Shown here one piece after another: positions 1 through 8,695 of a DNA stretch of 59,229 nucleotides (its first letter is position 1; each line of letters opens with the position of its first letter). The DNA comes from a virus. Its lineage: Duplodnaviria; Caudoviricetes. A model generated the notes under the pieces. The model saw only the letters and a list, made by a program, of their open reading frames with translations, was not told the origin of the DNA and ran no database searches. The position numbers were made by a program, and so were the translations under genes. The DNA is taken from IMG/VR virus record IMGVR_UViG_3300043502_000004, positions 1 to 59,229 of that record. One strand, 5' to 3'.

Positions 1-56
1 TACGGGGTGCCAGCGGTGACCGGCCGGGACCGACCCGGCCGGGAAGGGAGCGCACC

Positions 57-272
57 ATGAACAGCGACCTTGCGAATGATCTCGGCGTCGAGGCCCTGAT
101 GGCGTTGATCGACGCCGTGCACGGTCCGTTGCGTAACCCCACCCAGTTGCGCGCCCACGTGGCCGTGATCGTGGAGCTGGTCACGGAGATGGCCTACTGT
201 CTGCCGGGCGAGAACCCGGATGCCGAGGCTGCCCTCCGTGCCTACGCTCGCGCCGTGGATCTGATCTCCTAG
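57..272 (+). CDS. hypothetical protein (71 aa)
   Basis: ATG preceded by GAAGGGAG; coding-like codon usage. Confidence 0.55.
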   Translation: MNSDLANDLGVEALMALIDAVHGPLRNPTQLRAHVAVIVELVTEMAYCLPGENPDAEAALRAYARAVDLIS

Positions 273-705
273 TCCCCCTCCCCCCCTCCCCGGGGCCCGT
301 CACCAGGCCCCGGGGTACAGGGAAATTCACCGGGGTCTCTCTGTCCATAACTAGTTGCTTGCTCAAGCAACTACTATTAGTACCTTGATCAACTCATCAA
401 GATCCTTGATCTTGAGCCCCCCCCTACCCTGGGTATCCAGAGCCCCATGATCCTGTTCCCCCTGCCCCCAGCCCCTGTACACATGTACGAAGGGGCAGGC
501 AACAGGGTTCTTGATCATGGCCAGGTCCGGGCCCCAGCATAGTCTGGTCCCTGGTCCGGATCGGCTCTGGGTATATGACTCTGCTTCGATACGTTGACTG
601 AGGGTGCCAAGATCCTGGAGCCTGTGTACCTGGTTACTGTTAAGGAACCTGACAGTTGTCGGAGTGCATGTTGATATGCATCTTTGCCACGCGCACCCTG
701 ACGCC

Positions 706-1068
706 ATGGAACAACTGGAACCGGGTGTCATGGTCCCCGGTGAGGCCGGGATCAACGAGGAACACGTGGCCGACTCCGGGCCCTACGTCCGGGCCCTGGT
801 GGTGCAGCGCCTGGAACAGGTGTGGCGGGCCTGTGAACCGCACATCAACCCTGATCAAGAAGCCGTGGAGCTGGGGTTCCGTCGCGATCCGCGCTACATC
901 GAGGCGGGGATCAGGGTGCTGGACCGGTTGACCGCCATCTACGGACTCCTGAAACCTCACTCTGTGCAAGCGGACCCTGACGCAGGGTCTAGCACGGATC
1001 AGAGGGCTGCCCTGGTCAAAGAACTGGAGGAACTGGAGGACAAGATCCACGGGGTGCCAGGTTCTTGA
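706..1068 (+). CDS. putative terminase small subunit-like helical protein
   Basis: RLEQVW...RYIEAGIRVLDRLTAIYGL resembles the RL..L....W ... I.R.LD.R..L.GL pattern of actinophage TerS-like proteins; start moved to ATG 706. Confidence 0.45.
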   Translation: MEQLEPGVMVPGEAGINEEHVADSGPYVRALVVQRLEQVWRACEPHINPDQEAVELGFRRDPRYIEAGIRVLDRLTAIYGLLKPHSVQADPDAGSSTDQRAALVKELEELEDKIHGVPGS

Positions 1069-1226
1069 CATTTAATGGAAACGGTGGCTTTTAATCTACT
1101 CATTCGAGGGTAAACCGGTTTCTTGTAACGCATTCCCTAGTGACTTGGTAGGGAACTTTTTTCTTAAAAAGTATTACCCCCATAGTTGAGTTGACTAAAA
1201 ACCAAGAAACCGAGAAAAGATAGGGA

Positions 1227-1256
1227 TTGACCCGGGGGAGGGGTGGGGGGTAGGGT
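1227..1256 (+). promoter_or_regulatory. sigma70-type promoter with CCCGGGGG in spacer
   Basis: TTGACC-18 nt-TAGGGT upstream of the 1310 operon. Confidence 0.6.
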
Positions 1257-1309
1257 CAGGGGGTGAGATTTGTGGCGACGCGGTAAGTGGATCTAGGAGA
1301 GGAGAGGGG

Positions 1310-1603
1310 ATGAGGAGAGACTCGGAACGGATCGTGTTCCTGGAGGGTCAAGCCGAGAGGATGCGGCAGCGCGAGAGCGAGGAAGCACAGGCTCTCGGGG
1401 TCCAGAACCTGAGGATCCAGGCCGCGCTGGAGATGGCCAGAGTGGGCCAGGAGGACGGGGCCCATCACAAGACCTGGGTCATTGATCAGATGGTCCGAGC
1501 CCTGACCGGGTCCGACTATGAGGCCTGGGTGCTGGCGTACGAGGACATGGACGACGGCTTCGACGATGGGGCCTACCACTGGGACACGGGGATCGCCCCA
1601 TGA
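1310..1603 (+). CDS. hypothetical phage protein
   Basis: Strong SD; DGAHHKTWVIDQMVRAL...WDTGIAP; ATGA overlap with next gene. Confidence 0.75.
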   Translation: MRRDSERIVFLEGQAERMRQRESEEAQALGVQNLRIQAALEMARVGQEDGAHHKTWVIDQMVRALTGSDYEAWVLAYEDMDDGFDDGAYHWDTGIAP

Positions 1604-1917
1604 TTGATCTTGATGCGATCGCCGAAAAGTGGCTGAAGCTCTGTGGCCACTGTGACGCCGGGCTCCCCATGGGATGCACCTGCACCGGGGACGACCCCCG
1701 CTCGGATATACAGCGCCTGGCCCACTTCATCCGGGCCCAGCAGGACCAGATCGAACAGCAGAACCAGGAACTGGACTGGCAGGTCGGGATCGTCAAACGG
1801 CAGCGGGTCACGATCGCAGAGCAGGGCGACAAGGTCAGGGAACTACGGGACCAGGTCGCGTTCCTCAAAGACAAGGTCGCGGACCTGCACCACCAGCTCG
1901 TTGAGAAGGAAGGATAA
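1600..1917 (+). CDS. Cys-motif coiled-coil hypothetical protein
   Basis: CGHC...CTC then heptad-like C-terminus; coupled to previous gene. Confidence 0.7.
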   Translation: MIDLDAIAEKWLKLCGHCDAGLPMGCTCTGDDPRSDIQRLAHFIRAQQDQIEQQNQELDWQVGIVKRQRVTIAEQGDKVRELRDQVAFLKDKVADLHHQLVEKEG

Positions 1918-1919
1918 GA

Positions 1920-2039
1920 ATGAGTGAAGAACGCTTCTGGGACCGCCCCGGGATCATCTGGGAGGCCATGGTCCAGCTGCTCGGAACAGTGGGGTTAGCC
2001 CTCTTCCTGGCCGTCTGCGCCTACCTGGTCACCCTGTGA
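1920..2039 (+). CDS. small membrane protein (39 aa, not in ORF track)
   Basis: MSEERFWDRPGIIWEAMVQLLGTVGLALFLAVCAYLVTL; fills the gap and overlaps the next start (GTGA). Confidence 0.6.
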   Translation: MSEERFWDRPGIIWEAMVQLLGTVGLALFLAVCAYLVTL

Positions 2040-2335
2040 CGTGGCGGATCGTGGATCGCAGCGAGGAGGAGAAGCCTCGACTGGAGATCCGCGCGATCCG
2101 GTGGCTGGTTCGCCGGCTGCGGGAGTCGGGTGACTTCAAGTTGCGGCTGGGTCATTCGCTGGCGTTGCAGTCCGCGGAGCCGGAGTTGTACATGGAGATT
2201 GTGTACGGCGACGATGAAACGGCGATCTTCGATATGACCTTCACTCCGGAGATCTGGCCCAAGATCAGAAACACGATGGGGGAACTGGAATGGAAGCTGG
2301 AGAAGGAGTACGAGGAGGTGAAACGAGATGAGTAG
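2036..2335 (+). CDS. hypothetical protein
   Basis: Overlaps both neighbouring genes. Confidence 0.65.
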   Translation: MTWRIVDRSEEEKPRLEIRAIRWLVRRLRESGDFKLRLGHSLALQSAEPELYMEIVYGDDETAIFDMTFTPEIWPKIRNTMGELEWKLEKEYEEVKRDE

Positions 2336-2885
2336 TACAGCAGTCTGGCTGCTGGACATTGACGGCGTCATCAACGCCTGTCCACGCAACCGCAGCCCGT
2401 TCCCCAGTGCCTGGCCCCAGGGCCACTGGATCGACACCAAGGTGACCAACCGGCACAGTGACACGCCCTGGCCAATCCTGGCCGCTGAGGACGTGGTGGC
2501 GTTCATCAATCGGGTCGACGACGAGGGCCTGGCCACGATCCTGTGGCACAGCACCTGGAGCGACGAGTCGAACAAGGTGGGTGAAGCCGTGGGCCTACAC
2601 CCGTTCGGTGTCCTCCCAGCCCCCGAGCATGAGGGCTGGACGAAAGGCGCCCGCGGCTGGTGGAAGCTGCCAGGAGCACAGCGGGCCCTGCGGGACAACA
2701 TCGGGCACCTCGTCTGGACAGATGACGACGCCTGTCATCCGGACATGAGCAAGGACGAGCGGCGACTGTTCCGCGACGCCGGTGCCCTGCTGGTGGCGCC
2801 CAACCCGACCCAGGGCCTCGTCCAGGCCAACCTGGACCGGATCTGGCACTACCTGACCGGGGACCAGGAGGAGGTGGCAGCGTGA
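2328..2885 (+). CDS. HAD-superfamily protein (Swiss-Army-knife RNA-repair HAD type)
   Basis: Motif I LLDIDGV, WHSTW, LVWTDDD and C-terminal P..GL. Confidence 0.8.
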   Translation: MSSTAVWLLDIDGVINACPRNRSPFPSAWPQGHWIDTKVTNRHSDTPWPILAAEDVVAFINRVDDEGLATILWHSTWSDESNKVGEAVGLHPFGVLPAPEHEGWTKGARGWWKLPGAQRALRDNIGHLVWTDDDACHPDMSKDERRLFRDAGALLVAPNPTQGLVQANLDRIWHYLTGDQEEVAA

Positions 2886-3250
2886 CCGAGCCGGACAACC
2901 CGTTCGAGGGTCAGCCCATGTGGAACGGGGTGTTGCTCAGTCACTGGCGACTGTCCAAGTTCTACCTGAACAGCCTGTTTGACGGTCACCTGCACCTGGT
3001 GACCAGAGGACTTCACTTCCCACCCCTGGTCTCTGACGAGGCCATCATCAAGAAGCTGCGAAGTGCGGCCTGGTGGCGCAAGACCACCCTGCACATCGTC
3101 CCCTGCCCCCAGGGTCTCTGGGTGCAGTCACCCAGCAACCAACTCGGCCTGGATGGCACCCCGGAACTCCGGGAGGCCCTGGCGCAAGCTCTGGCGGAGG
3201 TCGCCAGTTTGAAGGAGGAACTATGGAAACTGAAGACGTCGTCACCGTGA
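2882..3250 (+). CDS. hypothetical protein
   Basis: SD GGAGG, GTGA overlap. Confidence 0.6.
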   Translation: MTEPDNPFEGQPMWNGVLLSHWRLSKFYLNSLFDGHLHLVTRGLHFPPLVSDEAIIKKLRSAAWWRKTTLHIVPCPQGLWVQSPSNQLGLDGTPELREALAQALAEVASLKEELWKLKTSSP

Positions 3251-3519
3251 CCGAAGTGGTCGAAGACGAGGAGAGCACCGAGGAACTGGACCCGATCATC
3301 CAGGCGCTGAGGAAAGAGCGACTGGCTCGCGGCTGGAATCAGTGGGACGTGGCTCGGCGGATGGGCTACAGCAGCCCAGCCCGGGTCAGTCAGCTGGAGA
3401 GCGGGGAAGGGGACATCCACATGTCCACGCTGAAGAGCTGGGCCGAGACCCTGGGCATGGAGGTCCTGATCCGGGCGAAGGTCACCCGTGGACGGCCACG
3501 GGCCAACTTCAAGAAGTGA
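3223..3519 (+). CDS. XRE-family helix-turn-helix regulator
   Basis: LRKERLARGWNQWDVARRMGYSSPARVSQLESGE...TLKSWAETLG; SD GGAGGA before ATG 3223. Confidence 0.85.
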   Translation: METEDVVTVTEVVEDEESTEELDPIIQALRKERLARGWNQWDVARRMGYSSPARVSQLESGEGDIHMSTLKSWAETLGMEVLIRAKVTRGRPRANFKK

Positions 3520-3526
3520 TCACATC

Positions 3527-3558
3527 GTCTACCCCCCGGGACCCCCGGGGGGTAGACT
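3527..3558 (+). promoter_or_regulatory. 14-bp-arm palindromic operator overlapping a -10 box
   Basis: GTCTACCCCCCGGG-ACC-CCCGGGGGGTAGAC; TAGACT lies 6 nt before ATG 3565. Confidence 0.7.
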
Positions 3559-3564
3559 TGTTTC

Positions 3565-3834
3565 ATGAGCGACCACACCCTGTGGAAGGGGATCACCCCC
3601 TTGCCAGATCCGCGGGCCCGTGAAGTTCAACAGGCCTATGTAGACGGCTACTGCCTGGCCATGGAGGATGTGCTGCATGAGCTGACCCGGATCACCGCGT
3701 TTCAGGTGGCAGCCACCGCCGACGTGGGGGGCACCAGCATCGTGATCACCACCCACCGGCCGCTGCGTACGTTCGCGGGCAAGGCACTGCAACAGGCACG
3801 GAACACCATGAAGCATTTGAAGGAGACTGCATGA
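3565..3834 (+). CDS. hypothetical protein
   Basis: Leaderless-type start; ATGA overlap with next gene. Confidence 0.65.
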   Translation: MSDHTLWKGITPLPDPRAREVQQAYVDGYCLAMEDVLHELTRITAFQVAATADVGGTSIVITTHRPLRTFAGKALQQARNTMKHLKETA

Positions 3835-4031
3835 GCAAGTATCGAGTGACGACGTACCGCTGGAGCGGTGGCGAAATCCGGGAGCGCGTCGCCGAACATG
3901 TCGACGTCGAAGCCAGGGAATTCCAGGTGCACTCATACACCGACGGACCCACCGTCCAGTTCTACGACAGCAACAACAAATTGATCGCCGCCATCACCAG
4001 CTTCCACTCGGTTATCAAGGTGACCGAGTGA
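3831..4031 (+). CDS. hypothetical protein
   Basis: SD AAGGAG, coupled. Confidence 0.65.
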   Translation: MSKYRVTTYRWSGGEIRERVAEHVDVEAREFQVHSYTDGPTVQFYDSNNKLIAAITSFHSVIKVTE

Positions 4032-4163
4032 CCCCAGACCGTTCCACCAGGGCCCAGGCTCCGGCCTGGGCCTTTGCTATTGAACCGATGCCCAATGATC
4101 GTTACGCTCTCTTTCAGGGGGGGGATCTCTCCCTAGTAACGATCACTGATATAAGGAGTTTCC

Positions 4164-4463
4164 TTGACGAAGCAATCCACAGACCAGATGGGCTGGGAGG
4201 AGACGCTATTCACTGACCTAGAAGAGCTGGATCCGATTCCACGCGTGCACGCTCTAGGTGAGGCCATCTCCCGTATCAACCCCGTTCTCAGTGAACTCGC
4301 CCGCCTCCGCCGGCAGGTGATGATGGATCTGATCGAATCCGGGGACTACCAGTACCCCAGCCTGGCCCACACGGTCGGGATGCGGGTACAGACCGTGCGC
4401 CGCCTCGTGGACGAGGCCCGCGCCCAGCGGCGAACCGATGAGGCCAACGCCGAGGCCGCATAG
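4164..4463 (+). CDS. putative DNA-binding protein
   Basis: SD TAAGGAG, TTG start; HTH-like YPSLAHTVGMRVQTVRRLV. Confidence 0.6.
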   Translation: MTKQSTDQMGWEETLFTDLEELDPIPRVHALGEAISRINPVLSELARLRRQVMMDLIESGDYQYPSLAHTVGMRVQTVRRLVDEARAQRRTDEANAEAA

Positions 4464-4467
4464 GGCC

Positions 4468-4497
4468 TTGCCCGATCCCCACCCCCGGGGATAGACT
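4468..4497 (+). promoter_or_regulatory. promoter with CCCCGGGG in spacer, upstream of the CUA tRNA
   Basis: TTGCCC-18 nt-TAGACT. Confidence 0.6.
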
Positions 4498-4563
4498 TCA
4501 GGAACAGGAACACAAGACCCGGACCGGGCAGGTGACCCCCAGATCCCTGCCCGGCCCTGGGAT

Positions 4564-4638
4564 CTCCTCGTAGCTCAACTGGCAGAGCAACCCGTCTCTA
4601 AAACGCGGTGGCTGGGAGTTCGAATCTCCCCGAGGGGT
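4564..4638 (+). tRNA. tRNA with CUA anticodon (amber suppressor candidate)
   Basis: Acceptor CTCCTCG/CGAGGGG, D arm GCTC-AACTGGCA-GAGC, anticodon arm ACCCGT-CTCTAAA-ACG(C)GGT, T arm GGGAG-TTCGAAT-CTCCC. Confidence 0.85.
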
Positions 4639-4639
4639 C

Positions 4640-4948
4640 GTGAAGCAACTCCCGTTAGATCAGCCCACGTACCTGCGGGTGCAGTGGCTCATCCACCAGG
4701 CTCATGTCCTTGGCATCGACCAGGTGGAGCACCTGCACGAGGCTGGGTTGATCGTGACCCCGGCCATGGAGCTGGGCCTGCGAATCAAGGGGATGACCTT
4801 CCTACTGGAAGAGATCAAAGGCTGGCGTCCAGCCGAGTTCATCCGGCGTACGGACAAGTCCGGCTCCGGCTCCACGCCCGCGGATCTGCACCTGCGGATC
4901 TGTGAGTTCATTCAAGATCATATCGATGCGATGAAAGCTGGAGGGTAA
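4640..4948 (+). CDS. hypothetical protein
   Basis: ORF directly after the tRNA; TAATG coupling to next gene. Confidence 0.65.
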   Translation: MKQLPLDQPTYLRVQWLIHQAHVLGIDQVEHLHEAGLIVTPAMELGLRIKGMTFLLEEIKGWRPAEFIRRTDKSGSGSTPADLHLRICEFIQDHIDAMKAGG

Positions 4949-5622
4949 TGGGTATTCCCGTAACGGACCTGGCCTGGATGGCGGGTGTCCTCGATCTGCG
5001 TGGCCGGGTCGTCTACAAGAACAACAAGACCCGCAACCCCAACCACTCCAACCAGGTCACCCTGTATGTGGAGTCGGTCCAGTTGCCGATCGTGCGCCGC
5101 CTGTCCGAGCTGACTGGAACCAATCCAGAGTTCAAGACTCCACGACAGCGGGCCGAAGGATGGTTCCGTCGCAACTGCGACGAACACTGCCCAGAGCCGC
5201 ACGTCCACGTCAATCCCGGCGACTTCGCCGAATCTGGACGCTGGACCGTGTCCGGCTCCGCCATGAGCGTTGTGCTCACCGCCTTGAAACCGTACATGAT
5301 CCAGGACAAGGGTTTCACTGAGGCTGCGGTCTACGGGTTCGAGTACATGACCCTGTGGGGCCGTGGAGCGGCAGCCACCATCACTGCCCTGCGCCGGTTG
5401 CACAACCTGGGCTGGGAGATGCCACCCATTGTCGAAGAGCAGCGGCCAGGCGTATTGACAGAGCTGCCCCCCGACCCCGAACCTGAACCCGAATCGACCC
5501 CGGAACTTGAGGAGACACCTGATGCCGATGCCGAAGAACGGGGAGCCGAGGAAGGTGTACCCGAAGTTCCTCGTGTGCAAGTGGTGCCGCGTAAGCGAAC
5601 ACGCAAAGTGCCCGGGGTGTGA
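4948..5622 (+). CDS. LAGLIDADG-like endonuclease/DNA-binding protein
   Basis: N-terminal DLAWMAGVLDLRGRV motif; RWTVSG...VLTALKPYM; acidic tail. Confidence 0.6.
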   Translation: MGIPVTDLAWMAGVLDLRGRVVYKNNKTRNPNHSNQVTLYVESVQLPIVRRLSELTGTNPEFKTPRQRAEGWFRRNCDEHCPEPHVHVNPGDFAESGRWTVSGSAMSVVLTALKPYMIQDKGFTEAAVYGFEYMTLWGRGAAATITALRRLHNLGWEMPPIVEEQRPGVLTELPPDPEPEPESTPELEETPDADAEERGAEEGVPEVPRVQVVPRKRTRKVPGV

Positions 5623-5674
5623 CTGCTCCCAGGTCAAGCATGACCTGGCCCTGGTCATCGGGGAGGCGGCGTGA
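5522..5674 (+). CDS. small Cys/His zinc-binding protein (50 aa, not in ORF track)
   Basis: SD GAGGAG; MPMPKNGEPRKVYPKFLVCKWCRVSEHAKCPGCDCSQVKHDLALVIGEAA; GTGA coupled to 5671. Confidence 0.6.
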   Translation: MPMPKNGEPRKVYPKFLVCKWCRVSEHAKCPGCDCSQVKHDLALVIGEAA

Positions 5675-5853
5675 TCTGCCAGGCCTGCAAGGACCGGCAG
5701 CACTACCAGTGTCGGTATCCGAGTAGCTGCCCCTGCCAGCACCGCGCACCCGCGCGCACCACCATGAGCCCGGAAGAGTATGCCACTGTCCTGTCCGAGC
5801 TGACCCAGATGGCCCAGGGGGATGGTCTCGGTGACCATGGACCTGACCTGTAG
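5671..5853 (+). CDS. small Cys/His zinc-binding protein
   Basis: CQAC...H..C....CPC.H. Confidence 0.65.
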   Translation: MICQACKDRQHYQCRYPSSCPCQHRAPARTTMSPEEYATVLSELTQMAQGDGLGDHGPDL

Positions 5854-6046
5854 CAACGACGAGTGCTACAGCCGCTACGACGGTCTCAGCTCACAGACCC
5901 GGACCGATGACTCGGCCCGGGTGCACGGATGGCGGGTGTGGAGATCCCAGGGCCTGGACCTGATCCTGTGCCCGTCGTGTATCGGGTACCGGATCCGTCG
6001 TGACAAGGCGCCCGAGCGCCTGGAAGGTGAAGAGCCCTTGTTCTGA
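5822..6046 (+). CDS. small zinc-ribbon protein
   Basis: C....C ... GW ... LCPSC. Confidence 0.6.
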   Translation: MVSVTMDLTCSNDECYSRYDGLSSQTRTDDSARVHGWRVWRSQGLDLILCPSCIGYRIRRDKAPERLEGEEPLF

Positions 6047-6049
6047 ACT

Positions 6050-6096
6050 GAAGCCCCTCGATCGTTGCTGGCTGCCGATCGAGGGGCTTCTTTTTG
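6050..6096 (+). terminator. intrinsic terminator
   Basis: GAAGCCCCTCGATCG/CGATCGAGGGGCTTC stem followed by T run. Confidence 0.85.
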
Positions 6097-6100
6097 CCCG

Positions 6101-6129
6101 TTGACTCCCCGGGGGTCCCTGGGTAGGCT
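6101..6129 (+). promoter_or_regulatory. promoter with CCCCGGGG in spacer
   Basis: TTGACT-17 nt-TAGGCT. Confidence 0.8.
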
Positions 6130-6159
6130 GAAGGGACAAGCAGACAGTGAGGAGTACTA

Positions 6160-6624
6160 ATGAGTCGTAACCTGCACCCGTACAACGTGCCTAACGCTGA
6201 CGTGGCCAAGGTCCTGGAGGACGCCGCCGACCTGTACGAGTCGGAGAAGATCGAATGGTGTACCCGGAGCTGGGCCAAGAACACTGATGGCGCCATCTCG
6301 GCCTGCGCCGAGGGTGCCCTCCTCCTGGCCCGGGGCTACAACTGGGCCACAGTGTTCAACTCCAGTAGGGAACTGTTCAGCACGGACCTACTGGCCCATG
6401 CTGCTCACGATTCGCTCCTGGATCACCTCAACGAGGGGCAAGCGGTGAAGCTGGGCTCGGTCTACCACTGGAATGACAAGGTGGCCGGCGTCCGTACCCG
6501 CGTGGAGTTAGTGGACGGCACGACAGTCCTCTCGCGGATCAGCCCAGCCGAAGCCAAGGCCGAGGTCATCGAGGCCATGAAGGAGACCGCCAAGGATCTC
6601 CGCAACAGTGAAGGAAACTCATGA
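6160..6624 (+). CDS. hypothetical phage protein (DUF6197-like)
   Basis: VLEDAADL...W...CAEGAL...WND...AEVIEAM. Confidence 0.7.
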   Translation: MSRNLHPYNVPNADVAKVLEDAADLYESEKIEWCTRSWAKNTDGAISACAEGALLLARGYNWATVFNSSRELFSTDLLAHAAHDSLLDHLNEGQAVKLGSVYHWNDKVAGVRTRVELVDGTTVLSRISPAEAKAEVIEAMKETAKDLRNSEGNS

Positions 6625-6971
6625 CAGGTAATGAAATCCAGGTCACGATGATGCCGAGCCCGAGTGGGCTCAGTGCACAGGACCTGGTGGCAATGGGCGA
6701 AGACCTGCGGGCCCTGGGGATCCAGGAGTCACGGGCCGTTGTCGCCGAACTACAGGAACTGGCTATGAAGTCCGCCGTCGCCGCCTCTGACGTGTTCATG
6801 AGCCGGCTCCGTCGCGTCGTCGTGGCCAGGGACGCACAGTTGATCCGCGCCGTTGCGGCGCTGCCCCCGCTACAGCTGCCCCGCATACTCATCGGCAACG
6901 TCGTGTACGTCAGTCGGGACAGCGTGCTTGCCCTGATCCAGGCCACCTCGAACCTGGGGGCCACCCAGTGA
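6621..6971 (+). CDS. hypothetical protein
   Basis: Coupled on both sides. Confidence 0.6.
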   Translation: MTGNEIQVTMMPSPSGLSAQDLVAMGEDLRALGIQESRAVVAELQELAMKSAVAASDVFMSRLRRVVVARDAQLIRAVAALPPLQLPRILIGNVVYVSRDSVLALIQATSNLGATQ

Positions 6972-7327
6972 CCGTCAACAAGGAACGAGTCCAGCTGCTC
7001 GTCGATGCCCTGCGGAGCGGGGAGTTCAAGCAGCGCTACGGCGGCCTGAAGGGCATTGCCCATAGTGGTGGCGTCAGTCACTGTTGTCTCGGGGTCGCCA
7101 CCGAGGTGGCGCTGCGCAACGGGGCCGAGAGTCGTGGCAATGCCTGGGACGGGACTGCCCTGCACTGGGAGCTGACTCGGTGGTACGGCTTCGAGAGCGG
7201 CAACCCGATCATTCGCCCAGCTCCGTGTCGGGATGCGGTCGCGGCCAACGACATCTGCAAGCTGGACTTCAACCAGATCGCTGACGCATTCGAGGAGACC
7301 TTCCTCCGTGAAACCAACCCCACCTGA
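6968..7327 (+). CDS. hypothetical phage protein (CCLGV family)
   Basis: ALRSGEFKQ...CCLGVA...ND...F..IAD. Confidence 0.75.
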   Translation: MTVNKERVQLLVDALRSGEFKQRYGGLKGIAHSGGVSHCCLGVATEVALRNGAESRGNAWDGTALHWELTRWYGFESGNPIIRPAPCRDAVAANDICKLDFNQIADAFEETFLRETNPT

Positions 7328-7619
7328 CCACCTGCTCGGCCCTGGACAGACCTGGGTCGTGGTGGAGGCGTCTCGGTGGGCAACGGTGTCCGGTAGGTCC
7401 TGCAACGCCAAGTGGCGGGATGGGGACCTGGAGCCGTGCCTGGAGCCGGCCGTCATCTTCGACCGGGAAACAGTGTTCAGCAACGGGGATGTCCTCTGTG
7501 AACGTCACATGGGATTTCACCGTTGGATCGATGACAACGGGGTGGTCATGCAGTGGAAAGCAGACCCACCCTGGACCTACTCAACGTGGCGGCCCCAGAT
7601 GCCGCCGCGGAAACGATGA
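7308..7619 (+). CDS. Cys-containing hypothetical protein
   Basis: GTG start after GAGGAG; C...C...LCERH. Confidence 0.5.
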   Translation: MKPTPPDHLLGPGQTWVVVEASRWATVSGRSCNAKWRDGDLEPCLEPAVIFDRETVFSNGDVLCERHMGFHRWIDDNGVVMQWKADPPWTYSTWRPQMPPRKR

Positions 7620-7630
7620 AGGAGAACCAG

Positions 7631-8035
7631 ATGGCAAGTAACGCCCCGAACAAGGACCGGCTCCGCATGTGGACCCGGGCCCTCAAGTCGGAACAGTACG
7701 CACAGGGCAAAGGTGAGATGCGAGGGAAAACCGGTTACTGCTGCCTCGGTGTGGCGATGGACATCGCCTTCGCCAACGGGTGCGAGCCCACCGGTTACGA
7801 CAACTGGGGCACCACCTCCCAGCTGCCAGACAGGGTGGCTGACTGGTACGGACTGCCCCGTGGGGACCAGTCCGACCCGCGCCTGTACGCGGTGGGCGCA
7901 GACCGGACCCGGGCCCTCGGCCGTCAGCGCGCATCCTCGCTCAACGACTCCAAGGTCCCGTTCTCGAATATCGCCGACCAGATCATCTACACGTACCAGC
8001 TGGACGGCACTGACAACATCGACGGAGAGTCATAG
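7631..8035 (+). CDS. hypothetical phage protein (CCLGV family, paralog of 6968)
   Basis: ALKSEQYAQG...CCLGVA...LND...F..IAD; SD AAGGAG. Confidence 0.75.
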   Translation: MASNAPNKDRLRMWTRALKSEQYAQGKGEMRGKTGYCCLGVAMDIAFANGCEPTGYDNWGTTSQLPDRVADWYGLPRGDQSDPRLYAVGADRTRALGRQRASSLNDSKVPFSNIADQIIYTYQLDGTDNIDGES

Positions 8036-8037
8036 AT

Positions 8038-8229
8038 ATGGACAAGAAACTGTTGGCGGGGGCCGGAATAGTCGCGGCCGCTGTCGTGGTCGGCTACCTC
8101 ATGCGGGACCGGATCGTCGCCAAAGGCATCGAACTGATGGACAAGGCTGACGGACTGTTCCTGGATGATGATGATGACGATGACGACCTCGACTACGTGG
8201 ACGTCACCTCACGTGGCAAGGAGAACTGA
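8038..8229 (+). CDS. small membrane-anchored acidic protein
   Basis: N-terminal TM helix, poly-Asp tail. Confidence 0.65.
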   Translation: MDKKLLAGAGIVAAAVVVGYLMRDRIVAKGIELMDKADGLFLDDDDDDDDLDYVDVTSRGKEN

Positions 8230-8688
8230 ATGTACAAGCGTCTCGCACTGCTCCTGGCAACTCTCGTTGTCGGATCACTGGGGGCACTGGCTGTCACCGC
8301 CCCTGCGTCGGCTGCACCCAACCCCTGTCCGGCCAAGTTCATCTGCTGGTACGACAGGAGTGACTGGACCAGCTACAACTACATCGTCAACCCTCTGATC
8401 ACAGCGCCGAATACGTGTTTCAACATGGGCACCGATCCGAATGGGGTCAACTGGGATTCGATCGTTGACTCGGTGTGGTGGAACCAGGGCAACGCAGCCC
8501 CCGCCTACGCAGAGTTCTACGAGGGCTTGAACTGCACCATCGCCCCTGTCACCCGAGCCCACGCGTTCGGGTACATCTCTGACCAGATGCAGTCGTGTAC
8601 CGAGGCCGCCATCTACTGGAACGGACCGTGTGCACCGCCAAGCTATGTCATCCACCGCATCCGGTCGTGGGCATTCAGCTGGTCATAA
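8230..8688 (+). CDS. secreted protein, peptidase inhibitor I36/beta-gamma-crystallin-like
   Basis: Signal peptide ending ASA; CPAKFICWYD...WDSIVDSVW...FYEGLNCT. Confidence 0.7.
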   Translation: MYKRLALLLATLVVGSLGALAVTAPASAAPNPCPAKFICWYDRSDWTSYNYIVNPLITAPNTCFNMGTDPNGVNWDSIVDSVWWNQGNAAPAYAEFYEGLNCTIAPVTRAHAFGYISDQMQSCTEAAIYWNGPCAPPSYVIHRIRSWAFSWS

Positions 8689-8695
8689 CAGAACT

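Noticed and set aside
4028-4216. 62-aa ORF
   Set aside because: Atypical codon usage and overlap with the better-supported 4164 gene; more likely a regulatory gap
4564-4638. True tRNA-Pyl / pyrrolysine system
   Set aside because: Canonical D and T loops, and no pyl genes in the window
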